Origin: Clostridia bacterium
GTDB lineage: Bacteria > Bacillota > Clostridia > Oscillospirales > CAG-272
Length of the DNA: 64,000 nucleotides
Assembly (NCBI GenBank): GCA_017624905.1
Contig: JAGAMD010000008.1
Span: 20,440 to 84,439, forward strand
Direction of reading: 5' to 3'
Part shown: in pieces, positions 29,323 through 36,027 of the stretch
How positions within the stretch are numbered: the stretch's first letter is position 1
How the letters are laid out: each line of letters opens with the position of its first letter
Position numbers and translations under genes: made by a program
The notes under the pieces: generated by a model
Seen by the model: only the letters and a program-made list of their open reading frames with translations
What the model was told of the DNA's origin: nothing
Databases searched by the model: none

Positions 29323-32300
29323 TTACCAAACAACAACCTCACCATCAACATAATGCCAATAATTGCCCTCGGTAGTAGGTTCTTCCTCACTGTACCAGTA
29401 AATTGGGCGAGATGAAGGATTCCATCTTGAATTCCAATCACTCGGCTTGCTTATAGCCTCGCAATAGATAGTGATGGCATTACAATATTTAAAAGCATAT
29501 TCACCTATGTCAGTAACGCTAACTGGAATTACAATACTTGTTAACTTACTACATGAGTAAAATGAATAATCGCCTATTGTCTTAATAGAGCTTGGTATTT
29601 CCATATTAACAAGTGAAGAATAATAAAAGGCATAATCTCCTATGCTTTCACACACAGAATCATTTTCAAAACAGACGCTTGTTATTTTAGGAGTAAATGA
29701 GGTATTACTGTAGGATGGGCAGAATAGGTACGCAGGAATCATTGTAACATTTTTACCAATGGTTACAGTTATACCGTTTCCGTTTTGTCCAGCTTTATTG
29801 AAAATATAATTTGTTTCAGTTAAATCGTCAAGCGAAATAACATTATATTTTATCTCGGTTAGCGATGTGCAGTTATTAAATGCAGAATTGCCGATTGATG
29901 TAATATTCTCAGAAATAGTTATGCTTTCAAGAGAAGTGCAGAATGTAAAAGCAGAAGAACAAATCATACTTGTGTTATCATTTATAATACAAGATGTTAT
30001 GGATTTGTCCTTGGCTTTTATTAGTGCAAGATATGGATTGTTGTTGGTACCCAAATAGTACGCATTATCATATTCATTGTATACCATATTTTCACAATTA
30101 AAAGCGGAAATGCCAAGGGTAACAATAGAATTTGGCAAAGTAATGCTTGTGAGTCCACATTGTGCGAAAGCCATATCGCCAATGTCTGTTACACTATTTG
30201 GAATTGATATGCTTGTAAGATTTGTACAGTTATAAAACGCATATTTTCCAATGCTTGTTAGTGAAGAATTATCTTCAAATTGAACATCAATGATTTTCGG
30301 TGTTGTGTCAGTTGTATTTGTATTGAATAGATTAGCAGGTATTCTTTCAACAGTATTTCCAACTATGACAGTTACGCCTGCGGCGTTTACTCCAAAGCTA
30401 GTAAAGGCCCAATTTGATAAATCCTCCATTGATATTGCGTTATAATATAGTTCTGTAACAGATGTACAATTGTCAAATGCGTTATTTCTAATTCTTTCTA
30501 TTTTACTTGGTATGTTTATACTTTTAATATTGGAGCAACCATAAAAAGCGTAACTAGATATATTTGTAACACTCTCTGGAAGTATTAGTTCTGTTATACA
30601 TGTGGCGTTTCTAAAAACATTTGTTTTAAGACTTGTAATTCCATTTGGTATTTTGAGGGTAGTAACAAGCACTTCGTTCAAATAAAGATTTTCACCATAT
30701 GAAAGAGGGTTTGAATTAGTGCCAAAAGATATATTGCACCAAGCTGTTAAATCTGTAATATATACTGCTTTTATGCTTGTACAATCTTTAAAAGCGTCAC
30801 CGTTAATACTTGTAATACTGCTTGGTATAGACACACTTGTTAGATTGAAGCAACCAGAAAAAGCCCCTGTGTTTATAGTTGTTACTCCATCAGGAATAAC
30901 TAATTCGGTGATAAGATTATCGTTTAAGTATAGGTTATGTGCATATTCTAAAGGATTTGATTCATTTTTGATAGCACACCAAGAGGCAAGGTCAGTTATA
31001 TGAACAGCACTTAAGCCTGAGCAACCGTCAAAAGCATAGTCGCTAATTGTGTTAATAGTACTTGGAAGAGATATACTTGTAATGCTTGAGCACTCAGCAA
31101 ACGCACCTCTTCCGATGCTTGTTATACCATTTGATAAGGATACACTTTTTAAATTAGTACAGCTCTTAAATGCATAATCGCTAATTTCTTTAATACTGCT
31201 TGGAATAGAAACGTTTGTAATGCTTGTACAACCTTGGAAAGCACATGCATTGATTGAAGATATATCATCACTAAATGTAAGGCTGGTTATTATATTATTG
31301 TTTAAATACAAATCTGCACCATAATAAAGAGGTGTTGCCCAAGAACCAAAAGATATGTTACACCAAGCCTTCAGATCTTCAATATACACTGATTTAATGT
31401 TCGTGCATGAGCCAAAAGCGTAATTTTCTATACGTGTTATAGCTGAATGAATAGAAATGCTTTCAAGATTTGCACAATTGTAAAATGTATATTCATTTAT
31501 GCTTGTTAAAGAACTTGGAATGCTAACATTTTTAAGATTTGAACAATTATAAAAAGCGTATTCACCTATATTGGTAATGCTATTTGGTATGTTAATACTT
31601 TCAAGCAGAGAGCAGTTGTAAAATGCGTATTTACCAATGCTTTGACAAGCAGAACCGTTTTCAAAAGTAACATTTATTAGCTTTGCTTCATGAGGGCTGG
31701 ACGCATTTGTAAATGGAGAGAATAAATAATCTGGGATTTTTGTTACATTCGCACCAATATTTACTGTTAAGCCGTCAGTGTCTTGTCCTGCAAGAACGAA
31801 AATTTTATTGCTATTACTTAAATTGTTTAAAGCAGGAATATTATAATTTATAACTGAAAGCATATAGCAATTGCTAAAGGCCTCTTTTCCTAATTCGGTT
31901 ATTGTTTCTGGCAATGTAAGGGTTGTAAGGTGAGTACATTTGTAAAAAGCACCTGCACCTATACTTGTTATACTCGATGGAAAATCAACATTTTCTAGTC
32001 CGTGACAGTTAGCAAAAGCATAGCTTTCGATGCTTGTAAGACTTGTTGGAAGTTCTATTTTAGATAGATTTTTACAAGATGCAAACGCAGCATTTCCAAT
32101 GCTTTCACAAACAGAGCCCTCCTCGAAAACAACTTCTGTTATATTGCAATAGTATGTGGTAGAGGTTTCGTTGTAGTGGGAGAGTGGAGAAAATAAATTA
32201 CTGGGGATTCTGGTAACGTTTTTTCCTATAGTTAGTTTGATTTCCGCTGTTTTATTTGAATTATAGAAAACATAGTTTGATGAATTTAGATTTTTCATAT

Positions 32301-33246
32301 TTGAGGCATTAAATTGTATGCTCTTAAGAGCACTACAACCAGAAAAAGCATAGTCCCCTATTGATACAACACTTTCTGGTATTGTAATACTTTCAAGGCT
32401 TGTACAGTTAGAAAATGAAGAACCACCAATGTGAAGCATTCCATTAAGCATAATAATGCTCTTAATATTTTTGCAATCATTAAAGGCACGAGAGTTGATT
32501 TTGGTGACGGGTAAACCTTTATATATATTTGGAATAACAATATCTATATCGTTGCAGTTACCTCTGCCTGTCACCTCATAATATGTACCGTCGCTACCTA
32601 GAGAGTATGAGAGTCCTTCGCTTGTTGCAACAGCGTCTCCACAAACTGTGCAAAAATAATTATTATATTTGTGCCCAAGAGCATCAACAGTTTCTTGCTC
32701 AACTATAATCTCGCCACAGACAGAGCACTTTGCACCCTCAGTAAGCCCAGCTTTAGTGCAAGTTGGTTCAACTGCGGGGATTATTTCATTGGTATGCCCA
32801 AGAGCATCAACAGTTTTTTGATCAACCAAAATTTCACCACAAATAGAGCATTTTTTACCCTCTGTTAGGCCTACTTTTGTGCAAGTAGGCTCGGTTGCAG
32901 TTATTATTATCTCAGTATGACCAAAAGCATCAACTACAGCTTGCTCAACCAAAATCTCGCCACATTCGGAGCACTTTTTGCCTTTGGTAAGACCTGCTTC
33001 TGTACAAGTGGGTTCAACAGCAGGTATAATTTCTTCTGTGTGCTCGTGCACAGGGATATCAGTGTTAGTGCTAGTATTGCTACCGGTAGCGGTATTCGTC
33101 TCATCATTTGTATCAGTATTTGTGCTTGTTTCGGTTTCGGTTATTGTACTAGTACCTGTATCTGTGTTTTTGTTACAACCGGTAACCATTGAGCAAATAA
33201 TTAGTGTTAAAACGATAAGAACAATGGAAATTAGTTTAGTTTTCAT
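29323..33246 (-). CDS. Giant (1307 aa) BspA-type leucine-rich-repeat surface lipoprotein with three N-terminal H/Cys4/H modules
   Basis: Lipobox MVTGC and a T/N/D-rich linker. Three 41-aa repeats (HTEEIIPAVEPTCTEAGLTKGKKCSECGEILVEQAVVDAFG). Dozens of LRR_5-type units (IP.S(V/I)T.IG.YAF..C..L.S). GGAGG SD. Confidence 0.85.
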   Translation of the reverse strand: MKTKLISIVLIVLTLIICSMVTGCNKNTDTGTSTITETETSTNTDTNDETNTATGSNTSTNTDIPVHEHTEEIIPAVEPTCTEAGLTKGKKCSECGEILVEQAVVDAFGHTEIIITATEPTCTKVGLTEGKKCSICGEILVDQKTVDALGHTNEIIPAVEPTCTKAGLTEGAKCSVCGEIIVEQETVDALGHKYNNYFCTVCGDAVATSEGLSYSLGSDGTYYEVTGRGNCNDIDIVIPNIYKGLPVTKINSRAFNDCKNIKSIIMLNGMLHIGGSSFSNCTSLESITIPESVVSIGDYAFSGCSALKSIQFNASNMKNLNSSNYVFYNSNKTAEIKLTIGKNVTRIPSNLFSPLSHYNETSTTYYCNITEVVFEEGSVCESIGNAAFASCKNLSKIELPTSLTSIESYAFANCHGLENVDFPSSITSIGAGAFYKCTHLTTLTLPETITELGKEAFSNCYMLSVINYNIPALNNLSNSNKIFVLAGQDTDGLTVNIGANVTKIPDYLFSPFTNASSPHEAKLINVTFENGSACQSIGKYAFYNCSLLESINIPNSITNIGEYAFYNCSNLKNVSIPSSLTSINEYTFYNCANLESISIHSAITRIENYAFGSCTNIKSVYIEDLKAWCNISFGSWATPLYYGADLYLNNNIITSLTFSDDISSINACAFQGCTSITNVSIPSSIKEISDYAFKSCTNLKSVSLSNGITSIGRGAFAECSSITSISLPSTINTISDYAFDGCSGLSAVHITDLASWCAIKNESNPLEYAHNLYLNDNLITELVIPDGVTTINTGAFSGCFNLTSVSIPSSITSINGDAFKDCTSIKAVYITDLTAWCNISFGTNSNPLSYGENLYLNEVLVTTLKIPNGITSLKTNVFRNATCITELILPESVTNISSYAFYGCSNIKSINIPSKIERIRNNAFDNCTSVTELYYNAISMEDLSNWAFTSFGVNAAGVTVIVGNTVERIPANLFNTNTTDTTPKIIDVQFEDNSSLTSIGKYAFYNCTNLTSISIPNSVTDIGDMAFAQCGLTSITLPNSIVTLGISAFNCENMVYNEYDNAYYLGTNNNPYLALIKAKDKSITSCIINDNTSMICSSAFTFCTSLESITISENITSIGNSAFNNCTSLTEIKYNVISLDDLTETNYIFNKAGQNGNGITVTIGKNVTMIPAYLFCPSYSNTSFTPKITSVCFENDSVCESIGDYAFYYSSLVNMEIPSSIKTIGDYSFYSCSKLTSIVIPVSVTDIGEYAFKYCNAITIYCEAISKPSDWNSRWNPSSRPIYWYSEEEPTTEGNYWHYVDGEVVVW
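32674..33042 (-). repeat. 3 x 123-bp in-frame tandem repeat inside the LRR gene
   Basis: Codons 69-191 form three consecutive 41-aa units. The periodicity is also visible in the spurious opposite-strand ORFs starting at 32671, 32794 and 32917. Confidence 0.9.
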
Positions 33247-33509
33247 AGTTCCTCCTTAATAAATTTTTATATAAATTAATAAATACTTATGTAAAAGCGA
33301 GTGTAATGGGATACATTTATATTGATCTCAAAACACTCGCTTACTTATTGCTATTTTGTTCAAAAATCAAGAATGGAGGTATAATTCTTGTTTGTGCTTT
33401 GAATATAAATAGCATCGCACACTACAAGTGCGTGACAATAGTCGTAAAATAACAAAAGGGTTGCTTTCGTTTAAAACGATTATATCACAATAGTATACAA
33501 AAAAGTGTA

Positions 33510-33593
33510 TTTGGGGACAATAAGTCGTTTTTAGGGATAAAAAGTTTGACACTCGATCCAAACATCCCTGAAATAATTACTTTTATCCCAAAA
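33510..33593. promoter_or_regulatory. Cluster of three TTTnGGGAyAAwAAGT-like boxes (two direct, one inverted); candidate LytTR operator
   Basis: TTTGGGGACAATAAGT (33510-33525) and TTTAGGGATAAAAAGT (33530-33545), 20 nt start to start. An inverted copy TTTTGGGATAAAAGTAA lies on the minus strand (33593-33577). The boxes flank TTGACA (33546-33551)-17-TGAAAT. Confidence 0.4.
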
Positions 33594-33595
33594 AG

Positions 33596-33624
33596 TTGAA
33601 TTATATGCTAAGTAGTGCTATAAT
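33596..33624 (+). promoter_or_regulatory. Sigma-A promoter of the LytTR two-component operon
   Basis: TTGAAT (33596-33601), 17 nt, TATAAT (33619-33624). GGGGGTG SD and ATG at 33649. Confidence 0.5.
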
Positions 33625-33648
33625 AAAAGCATTACAGGGGGTGATGAT

Positions 33649-34365
33649 ATGATTAATATTGCTATATGTGATGACAATCAAGAATTTGCACAGTTTTTTT
33701 ATCGAAAGATAAAGAGTTTATGCAATTCAGATTGTTCTGTATTACCCGCTTTCAATTCAGGTCTTGGTGTTATTGAATATTTAAAGCTCCACGCAATAGA
33801 TATTCTTTTTTTAGATATAGATATGCCAAGCATTAACGGCTTTGATTTAGCTAAAGTATTGTGCGAAAAATATTCCGATATAATTATTATTTTCGTTTCT
33901 TCATATGAAGATTTTGTCTATAGCTCTTTTGAATATTGTCCATTTAGATTTTTAAGAAAAACACACTTAAATGATGAGTTAGAAATTGCCTTAAGCAAGG
34001 CAATAGAAAAGATCGTTTTAAATGATAATAATATTTTGTTTGATACAACTGATGGACAAGTATCACTAAAGCCAAAGGATATTCTTTTCTTTGAAGGACA
34101 AAAGAATTATTACTACATATATACTGTCAATGGCAAATCATACAAATGTCGTGGAACTATGGAATCAGTGAATAATCTAATGGAAAAATACTATTTCTTT
34201 AGAATACACTCGGCTTATATAGTTAATTTTGAACACATAGAAAGCATTAATAACAAGGGCTTTCTTATTATGAAAAACAATCAATCGCTTAGCATTAGCA
34301 AAAAAAGGAAGAATGAATTTAAAAATGCGTATATGCAATTTATTAGAAAGAGGGTAACTAAATGA
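33649..34365 (+). CDS. LytR/AlgR-family response regulator (receiver + LytTR DNA-binding domain)
   Basis: Receiver domain (IAICDDN..., ILFLDIDMPSINGFDL) and a C-terminal LytTR domain (FFRIHSAYIVNFEHIESI). Confidence 0.9.
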   Translation: MINIAICDDNQEFAQFFYRKIKSLCNSDCSVLPAFNSGLGVIEYLKLHAIDILFLDIDMPSINGFDLAKVLCEKYSDIIIIFVSSYEDFVYSSFEYCPFRFLRKTHLNDELEIALSKAIEKIVLNDNNILFDTTDGQVSLKPKDILFFEGQKNYYYIYTVNGKSYKCRGTMESVNNLMEKYYFFRIHSAYIVNFEHIESINNKGFLIMKNNQSLSISKKRKNEFKNAYMQFIRKRVTK

Positions 34366-35663
34366 TTTTTATAGAATATCTAGTTTCTTTATTTGATACC
34401 TTCTTGTGTGTATATTTCATATCAAAATTTAATCATGCAAGCTTGTCTCCTAAAAAGAACAAATTTATTTTGCCGACTATTTTAGTTGTTTTTGCGTTTT
34501 CTGTAATTAATGACTTGTTTTTAAAGGGTTTTAATGTTTTAGGGACGATTATATTTTTGACGCTCTATATCATATATTCATTGCTAATTGCAAACAAAAA
34601 ATATGTGAGAGCTATTGTTTCCGCTTGCACCTTTGAAATTGTATATATTCTATTAAGTAGCATACTATATCTAATCATTAGCTCTTTAATTAAGGATTAC
34701 GACCAATTATCACAGGGAGCAGATGGGCTTTATAGATACATATATGTATTGATGCACAAAATCGCTTTGTTTGTTGTTTTAAAATTAATACTTATGGCTT
34801 TCAAATTAGACAATACAGTTGAAAGAAAACAGGGAATTATAGCTTTTATTTTCTCTTTTGTAACTATATTAGGACTTGGCTCTACTATGTATATTGCATC
34901 AAAAAGCTCAATTAAAAACATACAGATACAGGCTATATTGATTGCTTTGTCCTTTGCCTTTTGTAATGTTGCTCTTTATTTTTTGATATATCAAATGCAA
35001 AAATATCAGCAAAACAAATACGAATTAAAGCTTTTGCAGGATAAGATTAATTTTGAAGAAGCTAGGCACAATGATATAAACAACATTTGGTCTAACATTA
35101 ACAAAATCCAACACGATATAAAACAGCATTTAACAATTATTTCTGGATATATAGAAGATAACAAAATTACAGACTGTCAAAAATATATACAAGAATTGCT
35201 CCCAAATGTAGATGGCATAGGTAAACTAATCACATCAAAAAATACAGTTTTGGATTACTTGATCAACTCTAAGTTAACAGCATTACAGGATACCGAAATA
35301 GTTATTTCAGGCTCTATTGGCGATTTGTCCGATATAAAGGAGTCGGATTTGGTTTGCTTGATTGGAAATATTCTTGACAATGCTGTTGAAGCAATTCAAA
35401 ATTTAGAAACCAAGGATAATAAAAGAATAGAGCTTCTTTTTATGAAACAAAATTCTAATCGTATAATAATTTGCAAAAACACTATTAAAAAATCTGTTCT
35501 ACAGAATAACAAAGAGCTAAAAACAACAAAAAAATCAAAATCATCTCATGGTTATGGCACAAAGATAATTGCCAAAATCGTGTCTGATTATAATGGAATG
35601 ATTGACTATTTTGAGGAGTTCAATATGTTCGGTGTTCAAGTGGTCTTGCCCCAAAAACAATAA
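34362..35663 (+). CDS. AgrC-like GHKL sensor histidine kinase
   Basis: Polytopic N-terminus (~6 TM). H-box NKIQHDIKQHL, N-box LIGNILDNAVEA, G-box HGYGTKIIAKIV. ATGA overlap with the regulator gene. Confidence 0.85.
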   Translation: MIFIEYLVSLFDTFLCVYFISKFNHASLSPKKNKFILPTILVVFAFSVINDLFLKGFNVLGTIIFLTLYIIYSLLIANKKYVRAIVSACTFEIVYILLSSILYLIISSLIKDYDQLSQGADGLYRYIYVLMHKIALFVVLKLILMAFKLDNTVERKQGIIAFIFSFVTILGLGSTMYIASKSSIKNIQIQAILIALSFAFCNVALYFLIYQMQKYQQNKYELKLLQDKINFEEARHNDINNIWSNINKIQHDIKQHLTIISGYIEDNKITDCQKYIQELLPNVDGIGKLITSKNTVLDYLINSKLTALQDTEIVISGSIGDLSDIKESDLVCLIGNILDNAVEAIQNLETKDNKRIELLFMKQNSNRIIICKNTIKKSVLQNNKELKTTKKSKSSHGYGTKIIAKIVSDYNGMIDYFEEFNMFGVQVVLPQKQ

Positions 35664-35809
35664 AAAAGTGTCGCCCCAAGCAAGGAAGCGACACCTGTAA
35701 AAATGCACCTTCTCGCTTGTTGCTACACAATTACTCCCAAAAAAGTACGCAAAAAGGAAACACTTCTACCAATGGAGTGCTTTTTTGGGAATTATTAAAT
35801 TGTGTAGCA
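35662..35809 (-). ncRNA. Candidate ~150-nt small RNA (long hairpin plus intrinsic terminator); no known family assigned
   Basis: Own promoter (next feature). 13-bp stem 35798-35810/35720-35732 and 10-bp stem 35780-35789/35736-35745. Terminator stem 35668-35694, with two G.U pairs that form only on the minus strand, then U6 (35667-35662). No ATG-initiated ORF on this strand. Confidence 0.35.
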
Positions 35810-35814
35810 AACTT

Positions 35815-35843
35815 ATTTTAACACATATTTATTTAAAAGTCAA
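35815..35843 (-). promoter_or_regulatory. Near-consensus sigma-A promoter (extended -10) of the candidate sRNA
   Basis: Minus strand: TTGACT (35843-35838), 17 nt, TGtTAAAAT (-10 at 35820-35815). It lies directly downstream of the rnj terminator. Confidence 0.45.
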
Positions 35844-35851
35844 TATTAACC

Positions 35852-35884
35852 AAAAAAAGAGCAGACATCAAATGATATCTGCTC
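35852..35884 (-). terminator. Rho-independent terminator of rnj
   Basis: GAGCAGATAT/ATGTCTGCTC stem (one G.U pair, minus strand only) followed by U7. Confidence 0.75.
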
Positions 35885-35920
35885 AATTTATTATAAATAC
35901 ATAAGTATAGGTAAACTAAA

Positions 35921-35990
35921 GCCTCCTTTGTGCAAAGGCACCCTTTAGGGCGTACCTTGTGTTGAGGTGTCTGCTTTGGCAGACGGAGGG
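35921..35990 (-). other. Structured element in the rnj 3' UTR (nested hairpins closed by CCUCC/GGAGG)
   Basis: Minus strand: CCCUCC-[GUCUGC-CAAA-GCAGAC]-[ACCU-7 nt-AGGU]-[GCCC-UAAA-GGGU]-[CCUUUG..CAAAGG]-AGG. It lies between the rnj stop (36028) and its terminator. Confidence 0.3.
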
Positions 35991-36027
35991 ATTGTATATT
36001 TATGATAGGAAAAACAAATTATTCTTT

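Noticed and set aside
32671-33259. A series of plus-strand ORFs (MPKSINSF..., MTKSINYS..., MPLVRPAS...) that look like a repeated gene family.
   Set aside because: They are antisense to the 1307-aa LRR gene. Their repetition simply mirrors the 3 x 123-bp tandem repeat of that gene.
33367-33561. A 64-aa minus-strand ORF, and shorter ATG-initiated frames, in the LytTR/LRR intergenic region. I considered these as an AgrD-like autoinducer precursor.
   Set aside because: The ORF has a TTG start and no usable SD. It is overlapped by promoter elements and the repeat boxes. There is no amphipathic-leader/Cys/acidic-tail layout, and no AgrB-like processing gene anywhere in the window.
33532-33590. 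A 12-13-bp inverted repeat (TAGGGATAAAAAGT / ACTTTTATCCCA) flanking a -35/-10 pair. I considered it as an invertible promoter (inverton).
   Set aside because: The segment between the repeats is only ~33 bp, far shorter than known invertons, and no invertase or recombinase gene is nearby. The repeats are better explained as oppositely oriented copies of a regulator binding box.
35703-35798. A 31-aa plus-strand ORF (MHLLACCYTITPKKVRKKETLLPMECFFGNY) downstream of the kinase. I considered it as a signalling peptide.
   Set aside because: It has no SD and simply spans the long palindrome. Both flanking terminators and the only good promoter are oriented for the minus strand.
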